Virus record (IMG/VR): IMGVR_UViG_3300032248_000400
Location: 1 to 64,000 of that record
Direction: 5' to 3' (one strand)
DNA: 64,000 nucleotides
From: a virus
Taxonomy: Duplodnaviria > Caudoviricetes
Each line of letters starts with the position of its first letter. Positions within the stretch are counted from its first letter, which is position 1. A program made the position numbers and the translations under genes. Under the pieces are notes generated by a model. It searched no databases. It was not told where the DNA came from and worked only from the letters and a program-made list of their open reading frames with translations. This document shows, one piece after another, positions 55,344-64,000 of the stretch.

Positions 55344-56081
55344 ATGAAAACAATAGTATTAGGTGATACGCATGGACGTTCCAATTGGAAACTTGCGATA
55401 CATCAAGACAACCCGGATAGAGTTATCTTTATAGGTGATTACTTTGATTCATATGAGATTAGTGGGGTAGAACAGATTGATAATTTTAAACAAATAATCC
55501 AATACAAAGAAAATAACCCACAAGTTGAAGTTATAATGTTGATTGGTAACCACGATCATCATTACTTTCCTGAAATTGGTTACACCGGAACTAGTGGGTA
55601 TCAATCAGGAGTTGGCCACTCAATTACTCAAGTTATAGATGAAAATAGACATCACCTACAAATGGCTTATGGTTTTGAAGATTATTTATTCACCCATGCT
55701 GGAGTTAGTCCTGTGTTTATGGACCAAGTATTTGGTACTGATGGTTGGAATGAGGAGAGTGTTATAGTAGACTTAAATGAGTTGTTTAGATATAAACCTA
55801 GAGCATTCCTATTCAATGGGTTTGATTCAAGTGGTGATAGTCAAACACAAACTCCAATTTGGATTAGACCTGGATCATTAATGTCTGTGAATAAGAAACA
55901 TAAAAAAGGTTTAAAGAAAGACTACATTCAAATTGTAGGTCATACTCAAATGAAGAAACTTGATTTAGTGGGTAGTGATAAATTTACGGGTGGAAGATAT
56001 TATTTTATAGATACTATGGACACATCGGGACAATATTTGATAATAGAAGATAGTACATTAAAAGTAAATTCAGTAAGATAA
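55344..56081 (+). CDS. calcineurin-like metallophosphoesterase
   Basis: GDTHG, GDYFD, GNHD, THAG, GHT. Confidence 0.9.
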   Translation: MKTIVLGDTHGRSNWKLAIHQDNPDRVIFIGDYFDSYEISGVEQIDNFKQIIQYKENNPQVEVIMLIGNHDHHYFPEIGYTGTSGYQSGVGHSITQVIDENRHHLQMAYGFEDYLFTHAGVSPVFMDQVFGTDGWNEESVIVDLNELFRYKPRAFLFNGFDSSGDSQTQTPIWIRPGSLMSVNKKHKKGLKKDYIQIVGHTQMKKLDLVGSDKFTGGRYYFIDTMDTSGQYLIIEDSTLKVNSVR

Positions 56082-56086
56082 AAGTT

Positions 56087-56662
56087 ATGAAAGTAGATAG
56101 AGAAAAGTTGGAATGGTATTTAAAAAATATCAGAAGGGATAATGAGAATATATCAGATACCGAATTGATAAATAAATTGGCAAATTGGATAGAAAGAAAT
56201 CCAGGTTGTATTGATGCGAATGGTGTATCGGATCGAGGTCGTTATTATTATTCAACGGTCGGTTATGGTATATTCAGTTTGTTAGGTGAGAGATATCGAA
56301 TGGGTAGAATAGAAGTGTTTGATAAACAAACTGAAAGTAATTATCAAATAGATGAAGGAAGTTATTGTATGCCGTTTGTAGCAGCAAATCAATTTGAGGA
56401 TTTCATAGAATCTTTACAAACTGATTTACCAATTCATATCGAAATGGGTAGTGTTGATGAATGTAATAGAGCAACCGCTGAAGAGTTGGGAATAGAACCC
56501 GATAAGATGCATGATAAAGAAACAATAAAAGAAGTTTACAAAAAGAAAAATGATATCTACGCAAAAGAGCAAGGATATAAAGATTGGGATGATTTATTAG
56601 CACATTCAAAATTTGGACCTAAAAATAAAGACAATGACACGAACACAACAAAAAACAAATAA
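56087..56662 (+). CDS. hypothetical protein
   Basis: 191 aa ORF in operon. Confidence 0.7.
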   Translation: MKVDREKLEWYLKNIRRDNENISDTELINKLANWIERNPGCIDANGVSDRGRYYYSTVGYGIFSLLGERYRMGRIEVFDKQTESNYQIDEGSYCMPFVAANQFEDFIESLQTDLPIHIEMGSVDECNRATAEELGIEPDKMHDKETIKEVYKKKNDIYAKEQGYKDWDDLLAHSKFGPKNKDNDTNTTKNK

Positions 56663-57221
56663 GGAAAGACTTATATTAAAAGAACTCATTGATAAGATGT
56701 TTGAAATAGCAGGACACCCTCTTAAATTTGAAGATGTAGAAGGTAGAACCGATAATTGGTTTCAACAATACACTATGACTGAAGCTCAAAATACAGAGTG
56801 GCGAGATTGGGGTACTAAATTTATAAGTAAGAAACGTCGCTTTGGTATAAAATTAGCTGATCGTGAAATGAGAATGCTAGACTTATATTGTGGATTAAGT
56901 ATATCAGATAGTAGATTTGCAAAAGAAGAAAACAAAATAACTATGAAAGAACAAAAGAAGTTGCTTATTGAAATAATGGAATCAGATGCTAAGGATGGTT
57001 TGTATAAACAACAAACATCAGTAGAATGGCTATTCATTCAGTTATATGAAAAGTTTGAGATGAAGGGTGATGGTAAAGAGATGAATGCGATACTCGAACA
57101 AGCCAAAGCAATGGAAGCTGATAAAATAGTAACCGCTTATGAAACCGGATGGGTTAATGGTGATTTAAAGAAAGCTCCCAGATTTGGAAGTGATTATTAC
57201 GAACAAACATTTAATAAATAA
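56634..57221 (+). CDS. hypothetical protein, probably a fusion of two phage ORFs
   Basis: Internal AAAATAACTATG; C-term QTSVEWL...QAKAME module. Confidence 0.6.
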   Translation: MTRTQQKTNKERLILKELIDKMFEIAGHPLKFEDVEGRTDNWFQQYTMTEAQNTEWRDWGTKFISKKRRFGIKLADREMRMLDLYCGLSISDSRFAKEENKITMKEQKKLLIEIMESDAKDGLYKQQTSVEWLFIQLYEKFEMKGDGKEMNAILEQAKAMEADKIVTAYETGWVNGDLKKAPRFGSDYYEQTFNK

Positions 57222-57240
57222 AAAGTAAAAAAATAAAGTT

Positions 57241-57723
57241 ATGGGATTTTTTAGTTGGAAAACACAAGACACGGATAGAAGTATTTGTAACTCATACTCA
57301 AATAGAGTGCCATTTTTAGTTCAAATGGTTGATAACAATGGGAATGTATGGAGTGAAAACGAATATGATGGGTATGGTAGATTTGGTAATAAAGATTATT
57401 ACGAACTACTTGCTGAAATGAACGGAATTGAATGCGATTTGATTGGTGAAGAATATACCTACTATATGAGAGGTGCAGGTATTGATTTAGCATTTAAAAA
57501 TAATCCATCGGGTGTAGGAACAGAAGGTGTATTATATCCTAACTTAGTTGAGATGGCTAAGGGATGGGAATATGAACGGATGGGACCTGATACTTGTGAC
57601 TTTCAGGGATATTTTTATGATGAAGAAGAACATTTAACCGATACGATGTCAGAAGATAAGTATTGGAAAGCAGTAACAACGTATAGTGAAAGAAATTCAA
57701 TTACAGATGAAGATTTGTGGTAA
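57241..57723 (+). CDS. conserved phage hypothetical protein
   Basis: MGFFSW.T.DT..SI, YDGYG.FG..DYYELL. Confidence 0.75.
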   Translation: MGFFSWKTQDTDRSICNSYSNRVPFLVQMVDNNGNVWSENEYDGYGRFGNKDYYELLAEMNGIECDLIGEEYTYYMRGAGIDLAFKNNPSGVGTEGVLYPNLVEMAKGWEYERMGPDTCDFQGYFYDEEEHLTDTMSEDKYWKAVTTYSERNSITDEDLW

Positions 57724-57738
57724 TAAAAAATAAACAAT

Positions 57739-58059
57739 ATGCTTAAGATAGTTAATACGGGTGAGTTATATAAGATAGTATCACATGATGTTAGGATTAC
57801 GGATATAATAGTTGAGCCTGATTTTTATAGATTTAATTTCAGACATGAGGCATATCCAACAAAGGATTTTGATTATCATTTACAGAGGGATAGTTTGTAT
57901 AGTTTTGATGCAACAAATTATTTATATAAGGGGTGGTTGCATTATGGAAACAATAACAGTATTTATTCCATAAACAAAAATTCCCTATTGGCAACATGCA
58001 ACTTTTTAGATTTCTTATCAGATTCAGTACACGATTGGGATTTCGTAACAAACAAATAA
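57739..58059 (+). CDS. hypothetical protein
   Basis: 106 aa ORF in operon. Confidence 0.6.
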   Translation: MLKIVNTGELYKIVSHDVRITDIIVEPDFYRFNFRHEAYPTKDFDYHLQRDSLYSFDATNYLYKGWLHYGNNNSIYSINKNSLLATCNFLDFLSDSVHDWDFVTNK

Positions 58060-58084
58060 ACATTAAAAATTAAAAATAAACATT

Positions 58085-58711
58085 ATGCCAAATTGGTGCA
58101 GTAACACATTAGAAGTTAGAGGTAACGTAGAACAACTTAAAGAATTTACAGAAAAATCATTCATAGCAGAGACTGGTAAATTTACAATGGATGGGCTATT
58201 ACCAACTCCAAAAGAATTAACAGAAGTGACTTCGCCTGTTATGTGGAGAGGTGATGAAACGGATCTAGAAGGTAAGGCTACATTTGAAGCCGAAGCAAAA
58301 CGAATTGAGGAAACTTATGGACATGCTGATTGGTATTCGTGGAATACAACTAATTGGGGAACTAAATGGGATGTGGCGGAATCAACTATTGGATTTATGG
58401 ATGATGATGCACTTATTGTTTCATATGATACGGCTTGGAGCCCTAATATAAATTGGGTGGAACAAGTTAGTAAAATGTTTCCTGATTTGGAATTTAGATT
58501 AAGTTTTATGGAGCCAGGTTGTAATTTTTGTGGAGTAGCACATTGTGTAGATGGTGAAGTAGAAGTTTCGGAAGGTGATATTGAATGGACAGATGAAGAT
58601 GGAAATCCGGTTGCAACAAATGATGATGGTAGGTGGTATCGTACAGATACAAATGAAATAATTGAGGATGAAGATTTTTATCCGTTTGAAAATAACCCAT
58701 TTGATTATTAA
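58085..58711 (+). CDS. DUF1281/YubB ferredoxin-like domain protein
   Basis: MPNWCSN.L, WY.W...NWGTKWD, DTAWSP. Confidence 0.8.
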   Translation: MPNWCSNTLEVRGNVEQLKEFTEKSFIAETGKFTMDGLLPTPKELTEVTSPVMWRGDETDLEGKATFEAEAKRIEETYGHADWYSWNTTNWGTKWDVAESTIGFMDDDALIVSYDTAWSPNINWVEQVSKMFPDLEFRLSFMEPGCNFCGVAHCVDGEVEVSEGDIEWTDEDGNPVATNDDGRWYRTDTNEIIEDEDFYPFENNPFDY

Positions 58712-58722
58712 ATAAATTTATT

Positions 58723-58905
58723 ATGAACATAATACAAAAAGTAAGTGAAGATGAATTTGCAGATGAATACATCTTATTGAGTAAAGAATCAGTTGATAGA
58801 TTGGTAAAACGAAGTGAATTTAAAGATGATGAACTGACTCAGAAAGTAATTGTCCAATTTGGTAAATGGATACACGCAAATAATTTAATAGAGGAAGATA
58901 ATTAA
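58723..58905 (+). CDS. hypothetical protein
   Basis: 60 aa ORF in operon. Confidence 0.55.
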   Translation: MNIIQKVSEDEFADEYILLSKESVDRLVKRSEFKDDELTQKVIVQFGKWIHANNLIEEDN

Positions 58906-58917
58906 AAAATAAGTTAT

Positions 58918-60027
58918 ATGATTTTAGATACAATATACAAAAAGACACAAACGGGTGCAACACAAGAGTGGACTATTGAAGTAGTAGGTAACAAATACAG
59001 AACACATAGTGGCCAAGTTGGTGGTATCATAACTACAAACGAATGGACAGTTGTTTATGGTAAGAACGTTGGTAAAGCAAATGGTACTACTGATGGTGAA
59101 CAATGTATGAAAGAAGCAGTTGCAAAGAGAACAAAGAAGTTAGAGAGTGGTTACTTTGAAAACATTAAACACATAAACAAAACACAATACTTTGAACCAA
59201 TGTTGGCGAGTAAGTGGGAAGATAGTAAGGATAAGATTAGTTACCCAATATTCTCACAACCAAAATTGGATGGTATTAGATGTATCGTTACAAAGGATGG
59301 TATGTTTAGTAGAAATGGTAAACCAATTATTTCAGCACCACACATTAGAGAAAGTTTAAGTGAAGTGTTTGATGTATATCCTGAATTGATATTGGATGGT
59401 GAGTTATATGCTGACAAGTTCGCAAATGACTTTAATAAGATTGTATCATTGGTAAAGAAAACAAAACCAACTGATGCTGACTTAAAAGAAAGTAAAAAGA
59501 ATATTCAGTATTGGATATATGATTTACCAGATAATGATATTCAATTTGGTGATAGATGTGATAGATTGAATGAATTGTTTGAAAACTGCATTGCATTCAA
59601 AAAACATTGTGTTGAAGTTGAAACACATATTTGTAACAATGAAAACGAAGTGATGGAATTATATGAGAAGTATGTGAACGATGGATTTGAAGGTCAGATG
59701 TTAAGAACAAATGGTAAGTATGAAAACAAACGTAGTAAAAACTTATTGAAACATAAATCATTTATTGATGAGGAATATACAATCGTTGATATTTGTGAAG
59801 GTGAAGGTAACAGAACCGGAACTGCCGGTTATATGGTATTCGAAACTGCTGACGGTAAAACATTCAAATCAAATGTGAAAGGAACGTGGGAAGAAACTGC
59901 TGAGATGTTAAAGAGTAAAAAGAAACTAATTGGTAAAGAAGCAACCATTAAGTATTTCAATTTAACACCGGATGGCATACCCCGTTTTCCATATGTTACT
60001 GCTATTGATAGGAAAAGCTATGAATAG
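58918..60027 (+). CDS. ATP-dependent DNA ligase with N-terminal WGR-like domain
   Basis: QPKLDGIRC, LDGELY, EGQMLR, KRS..LLKHK, RFP. Confidence 0.94.
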   Translation: MILDTIYKKTQTGATQEWTIEVVGNKYRTHSGQVGGIITTNEWTVVYGKNVGKANGTTDGEQCMKEAVAKRTKKLESGYFENIKHINKTQYFEPMLASKWEDSKDKISYPIFSQPKLDGIRCIVTKDGMFSRNGKPIISAPHIRESLSEVFDVYPELILDGELYADKFANDFNKIVSLVKKTKPTDADLKESKKNIQYWIYDLPDNDIQFGDRCDRLNELFENCIAFKKHCVEVETHICNNENEVMELYEKYVNDGFEGQMLRTNGKYENKRSKNLLKHKSFIDEEYTIVDICEGEGNRTGTAGYMVFETADGKTFKSNVKGTWEETAEMLKSKKKLIGKEATIKYFNLTPDGIPRFPYVTAIDRKSYE

Positions 60028-60054
60028 GTATCATATATAAAAAACCATAATATG

Positions 60055-60229
60055 TAACCGGTTGATACTCAATACAACCCGGCTAACTGGTTGATTATCA
60101 ATGAAAAAAAAGTTTATTGATAATCAACCAGTTATGTTATGCTAAATACCTACTCTCGCTAACTCGTTGATTATCAACAAACTTTTTTTCTAAAAAATTT
60201 GGCCATTAACTTAAAAATCCGTATCTTTA
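60055..60229 (+). promoter_or_regulatory. four IHF-like sites plus promoter
   Basis: Sites 60055, 60084, 60110 (inverted), 60160; perfect 19 bp IR 60084-102/60116-134; TTTG 60198 / TATCTTTA 60222. Confidence 0.78.
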
Positions 60230-60257
60230 CGAAGTAAAGTTAATAACAATTTTATAT

Positions 60258-60282
60258 GGGGGTGTATATTGCCCCTTTTTTA
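60258..60282 (+). terminator. terminator-like hairpin in the leader of the gp88-like gene
   Basis: GGGGGT-GTATATT-GCCCCT followed by a T-run. Confidence 0.6.
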
Positions 60283-60301
60283 ATGTCTAAAAATGTATAT
60301 T

Positions 60302-61144
60302 ATGAGTAAGTTAAAATTCACAACAATTTCCGCCGCTAAGAAATCAACCGGTCTATCTTATTTAGGTAGTGTTGCTTCATCATCTAAAATCGCTAAGGGG
60401 TTGAAGTATAACGAAATGACTTATATATTGTATCTTGCTCCGGCTGATATGAGTGGTTATAATGTTTGTCCTATGGCGAGTGCCGAATGTAAAGAAGCTT
60501 GTTTGAGTGAATCGGGTCACAATCGTATTGATGTTAAAAAGAATAATATCAACAAAGCACGTATCAAAAAAACTAAATTGTTTTTTGAACATAGAGAATT
60601 CTTTATGCATTGGTTACACGCTGAGATTTGTAACGCTAAGTTGAAAGCTGAAGATTTGGGTATGAGATTTTCAGTTCGTATCAATGGTACATCTGATATT
60701 TCATTAGAGAGTTTCAAAATCTATGGTATGAATATATTGGAGTTTTTCAATGATGTTCAATTTTATGATTACACTAAGGTTGTTAATCGTTTCAAATTGT
60801 TAGATAAATATCCTAACTACGATTTGACTTACTCTTATAGTGGACACAATATGTTACATTCATTAGCATTATTAGAAGGTAAGAAGGGACGCGTGGCTAT
60901 GGTGTTTGAAGGTAAACAATTACCAAAAACATTTATGGGTTTCAAAGTAATTGATGGTGATGAATATGATATGAGATATTTGGATGAGCAAGGTGTAATT
61001 GTAGGATTGAAGTTTAAGAAAGTTCGTAACAAAATTGATACATCAAACAACGTATTCATCATTCCAATGAATAGTGAATTTAGTGTGTATGATGTTAATC
61101 CAATGTTGACTAAAGCAGCACAATCAAAAATCAAAGTGAAGTAA
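60302..61144 (+). CDS. gp88-like protein (radical-SAM-related fold)
   Basis: YILYLAPA, CP.AS..C...CL, RINGTSDI, QFYDYTK, DGD..D.R..D. Confidence 0.8.
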   Translation: MSKLKFTTISAAKKSTGLSYLGSVASSSKIAKGLKYNEMTYILYLAPADMSGYNVCPMASAECKEACLSESGHNRIDVKKNNINKARIKKTKLFFEHREFFMHWLHAEICNAKLKAEDLGMRFSVRINGTSDISLESFKIYGMNILEFFNDVQFYDYTKVVNRFKLLDKYPNYDLTYSYSGHNMLHSLALLEGKKGRVAMVFEGKQLPKTFMGFKVIDGDEYDMRYLDEQGVIVGLKFKKVRNKIDTSNNVFIIPMNSEFSVYDVNPMLTKAAQSKIKVK

Positions 61145-61145
61145 T

Positions 61146-61418
61146 ATGAACGATTCATTAATTAGAGCATTTGTTAAAAAAGTAAAATCAGAAAATATGA
61201 GTAAATTAGATAAACTTAAAACCGAATTGAAACAATGGGAAGATATGGTACCTGTAAATAATATGGGTAAGTGGGCACGTCAGTCTAAGATTGATAAACT
61301 TAAACAACTGATTGAAGATAATGAAGACTTAGGACCTGAATTTGATGGTGCTGGGTTTAGTGAAGATGATAGAATTGTAAACGGACAATATATGGTAAAC
61401 GAAAAAAATAAGAAGTAA
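61146..61418 (+). CDS. hypothetical protein
   Basis: 90 aa ORF in operon. Confidence 0.6.
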   Translation: MNDSLIRAFVKKVKSENMSKLDKLKTELKQWEDMVPVNNMGKWARQSKIDKLKQLIEDNEDLGPEFDGAGFSEDDRIVNGQYMVNEKNKK

Positions 61419-61419
61419 T

Positions 61420-61581
61420 ATGCAAGTGAAAGAATCAAAAACAAATTGGCACTTTAGAATTAGTGTAGCTAAATCAATATTAAGAATCGCCGCAGGTATG
61501 GCACTTTGTAAATCAGATTTCGTTTCATCGGGTATCTTATTCGTTGTGGCTGAAATGTTAGGAATTGTTGAAGAACTTTAA
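61420..61581 (+). CDS. 53 aa small membrane protein
   Basis: Hand-translated; HFRIS..KS.LRI.AG...AE.LGIVEE. Confidence 0.6.
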   Translation: MQVKESKTNWHFRISVAKSILRIAAGMALCKSDFVSSGILFVVAEMLGIVEEL

Positions 61582-61591
61582 AATTAATAAT

Positions 61592-61849
61592 ATGAGTAAA
61601 GTAAAAGTAAAATTAGAAATGATGCCGTGTATAAAATGTAATAACGATATGCCGGTATTACGATTCACAAAGTATGGTTACAAACATTGTGTTAATTGTA
61701 GTTCAGTTGAACGTGTTGGTGGAGTTCAAATAGCAAACCACAAAACAGGCAATGAGATACAGGTCTTACCAATGGAAGTTGCCAATAACCTTAATCGTTT
61801 AGCACAACGTAGTGGTTATGGAGTTATGAAAGGTATGAAACATAATTAA
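61592..61849 (+). CDS. small Zn-finger protein
   Basis: CIKC...CVNC; start trimmed to ATG 61592. Confidence 0.65.
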   Translation: MSKVKVKLEMMPCIKCNNDMPVLRFTKYGYKHCVNCSSVERVGGVQIANHKTGNEIQVLPMEVANNLNRLAQRSGYGVMKGMKHN

Positions 61850-61859
61850 AATAAAATAT

Positions 61860-62051
61860 ATGATATACACAAAATCAGAATTAAGAGAAATGGAAACCAT
61901 TGAGCAAGCTTGGGATGGTGATGAACTTAAAGTAGAATGTAATGACTTTAGAGTTTGGTTAGTTCATCCTGAAAATCGTAAATGGAATGGTGATTACGTT
62001 GTTGAAATTAATAACAATGGTAAATGGGAACAGAGAAGTTATTCTTTCTAA
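61860..62051 (+). CDS. hypothetical protein
   Basis: 63 aa ORF in operon. Confidence 0.6.
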   Translation: MIYTKSELREMETIEQAWDGDELKVECNDFRVWLVHPENRKWNGDYVVEINNNGKWEQRSYSF

Positions 62052-62068
62052 AAATAAAATAAAATTAT

Positions 62069-62425
62069 ATGAGTAAAGTAAAAGTATTAGGTAAAAAGTA
62101 TGGTATTGAAATTACAAAGCCGTGGAGTAACGAAATGTATAATCACAATGATAAAGTTGGTGCTATAATGAAAGAGAACATCTTACAAGCCCTAACCGAA
62201 GTGTATAAAAAAAATGATGAAGCCGCTCTAAGAGAAATTGGTAAATCGGTATTGGCTTATGGATTTGGACAGGGTTATAGTATGGATGAAATGTATAATG
62301 AAATTTGTAGTGAGTTAGATGTAGTTCAGAACTTTTGGTTGAATGATGAATATCCTTACTTAGCAAAGAAGGGATATGTGAGAGTAGTTGAAATCGGATT
62401 TGTTGGTTATGATAAAAATATATAA
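62069..62425 (+). CDS. hypothetical protein
   Basis: 118 aa ORF in operon. Confidence 0.65.
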   Translation: MSKVKVLGKKYGIEITKPWSNEMYNHNDKVGAIMKENILQALTEVYKKNDEAALREIGKSVLAYGFGQGYSMDEMYNEICSELDVVQNFWLNDEYPYLAKKGYVRVVEIGFVGYDKNI

Positions 62426-62426
62426 T

Positions 62427-62636
62427 ATGAATTACGAAAATGTTATTTGTTGTAAAGGTAGAGATTGCCAAAAGACAACCGCCGATGAAGATGTTTATGT
62501 AGAATTACGAAGTGACAATTATGGTATTCCTACGGGGTATTATTGTGATGATTGTTATGAAAACAATTATCCATATCGTAGGGATAACTACTATGACTAT
62601 ATGAACGCGGGTGAGTATTTAAATGATGATTATTAA
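62427..62636 (+). CDS. small Cys-rich protein
   Basis: C...C and CDDC; start trimmed to ATG 62427. Confidence 0.6.
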   Translation: MNYENVICCKGRDCQKTTADEDVYVELRSDNYGIPTGYYCDDCYENNYPYRRDNYYDYMNAGEYLNDDY

Positions 62637-62776
62637 AAAAGAAAAGTATGAAAATGATAGTAAGAACTATTAAGAAGTTAGTTAACAATTGGTTAATGCT
62701 TGAGGATAGTGATGAGGTTAAGTTATTAGAAAAACAATGGCAAGAAAGATTAAAAGAAATACAAAATAAATAAATT

Positions 62777-63127
62777 ATGAGAGCAACTGATGAAAAAGCA
62801 ATAGAGTATATTAAGAGTAATCCTATTGTAAAGAAGTTTATTGATGAAGTGAATACAAAACGATTAAACTATTATACTACGGCTAATATGGTTAATCAAT
62901 ATAAAGAATTGACAGTTGAAATTGGTAATAAGTATATTCGTTTATGGACGGGAACTACGTGTTGGGGTTTCATTAGTAGAGTTGATGGTGATTTGAAAGG
63001 TGCACCAATTAAGAAAGGTGATTTATTAAAACCGGCAACTTGGAAAGCTCCGGCAAAGCATGCAAGGGGTAACATATTGGAAGGAACTGCTATGTGGGGT
63101 GAATACGGCCCGTCATACATTAAATAA
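62777..63127 (+). CDS. conserved phage hypothetical protein
   Basis: GDLLKPATWKAPAKHARGNI motif. Confidence 0.78.
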   Translation: MRATDEKAIEYIKSNPIVKKFIDEVNTKRLNYYTTANMVNQYKELTVEIGNKYIRLWTGTTCWGFISRVDGDLKGAPIKKGDLLKPATWKAPAKHARGNILEGTAMWGEYGPSYIK

Positions 63128-63138
63128 AAAATCATAAA

Positions 63139-63333
63139 ATGATACAAACAATACTGATAATTTGGTTTTTTCTAACATTACCAATAGTATATCAAGTGAA
63201 CAAATCACTAAAAAATACAAAAGATGAATGGGTATCGGAAAGTTTTATGTTTCAGATTACTTTGATAATAAAAGCATTTTTCAAAGTACCACAATATTAC
63301 ATCTTAACAATAATAATGTTATTCAAAAAATAA
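63139..63333 (+). CDS. small membrane protein
   Basis: Two hydrophobic segments. Confidence 0.55.
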   Translation: MIQTILIIWFFLTLPIVYQVNKSLKNTKDEWVSESFMFQITLIIKAFFKVPQYYILTIIMLFKK

Positions 63334-63343
63334 AAAATAAAAT

Positions 63344-63685
63344 ATGTTTAAAGAAATTTCAGAGAGAATACAAAAGACAAATGACCAAAGAGTTAAAATG
63401 GCATTAACAATTATTAATGTTATGGAAACATCAAAAGATATTGCACTGAAAACAGCAGTAGCTACATCTATGTTGGAAATGTTAAGTACATCAATGATAC
63501 CAGAAGATGGTGCTTTGGTTAATTTAATCAATAACTCAATTGATAAAGTGTGTGATATCATTTCAAATGAAACAGGTGTTTCAGATATCAAAGATAGATT
63601 GTTTACTATACTAAATGAATCAAAAGAAAAGATAGATAGGATAGAGGCTGGTAATTCAATACTCAATAACATTAACTATAACTAA
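63344..63685 (+). CDS. hypothetical helical protein
   Basis: 113 aa ORF in operon. Confidence 0.65.
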   Translation: MFKEISERIQKTNDQRVKMALTIINVMETSKDIALKTAVATSMLEMLSTSMIPEDGALVNLINNSIDKVCDIISNETGVSDIKDRLFTILNESKEKIDRIEAGNSILNNINYN

Positions 63686-63696
63686 AATAAAACAAA

Positions 63697-63882
63697 ATGG
63701 AAAAATTAAATGACTCCTTATTAAAAGAAGCAATTGAAATGTTTGGAAGTGATACTGTCCACGAAGTAAGAACTATTGTAGAACTATCTGATATAGATGG
63801 AGCTATAAGTATGTTTGAAGATATGAGTAAATTTGACCACGCAGATTGTGTTCAATTTTTGTATATAACAGATGAATATTAA
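63697..63882 (+). CDS. hypothetical protein
   Basis: 61 aa ORF in operon. Confidence 0.55.
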   Translation: MEKLNDSLLKEAIEMFGSDTVHEVRTIVELSDIDGAISMFEDMSKFDHADCVQFLYITDEY

Positions 63883-63892
63883 AATAAAAATT

Positions 63893-64000
63893 ATGGGATT
63901 AGATATGTACGCTTACGCTACTAAAGCAAAACCTGCAAAGGAAGTAGATTTTTCAACCGATGAGAATGATGAACAAATATATTATTGGAGAAAGCATCCT
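63893..64000 (+). CDS. conserved phage hypothetical protein, 3' truncated
   Basis: MGLDMY...YWRKHP motif; runs off the window. Confidence 0.7.
   Translation, partial: MGLDMYAYATKAKPAKEVDFSTDENDEQIYYWRKHP

Noticed and set aside
559-60027. Inteins or introns in the clamp loader, AAA+ ATPase or ligase
   Set aside because: Lengths are normal and motifs contiguous; no splicing motifs or inserted endonucleases.
1-64000. All minus-strand ORFs and nested plus-strand alternates in the ORF track
   Set aside because: They lie antisense to or inside well-supported genes, have no motifs and no start contexts; several are mirror images of low-complexity coding sequence (e.g. 28987-29313, 41480-42034).
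1-64000. Bacterial chromosome or NCLDV origin
   Set aside because: T4-like clamp loader pair, GH19 endolysin, dense small hypotheticals, bacterial promoters and tmRNA, and no housekeeping operons fit a large bacteriophage.
1-64000. Stop-codon reassignment
   Set aside because: Recognisable enzymes are full length in code 11, and TAA, TAG and TGA all end genes at sensible positions.

Overview
A 64 kb slice of a large, AT-rich, T4-like (jumbo-type) tailed phage genome. Every credible gene is on the + strand, in the standard genetic code. The host is probably Bacteroidota: at least 13 promoters fit TTTG-N20-TAnnTTT, starts are A-rich and mostly lack Shine-Dalgarno sites, and there are DUF4494-like, Hc1-like and T9SS-CTD-like genes. 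Layout: (1) 1-3115 replication (dUTPase, clamp loader, PD-(D/E)XK nuclease). (2) 3141-22875 a ~20 kb glycosylation island containing a form IV RuBisCO-like protein operon. (3) 22911-33212 mixed late and metabolic genes (heptose kinase, GH19 endolysin, GT2 plus PlcP-like phosphoesterase). (4) 33262-43466 a cluster of exported proteins (two CsgG-fold, two cohesin/dockerin-like, a C-type lectin domain, stand-alone CTD-like lipoproteins, a beta-barrel, a secreted nuclease). (5) 44700-47950 a stable-RNA locus (tmRNA with a long tag, two promoter-driven small RNA candidates, an ~870 nt GOLLD-like RNA, tRNA-Gly, tRNA-Leu). (6) 47964-64000 early-type genes (vWA plus MoxR AAA+, phosphoesterase, DNA ligase, gp88-like, many small hypotheticals) behind promoters carrying a phased 25 bp IHF-like palindrome. 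The best candidates for an undescribed system are the envelope cluster, the RLP sugar operon and the RNA locus. All family calls are by-eye motif recognition; no database searches or folding programs were run.
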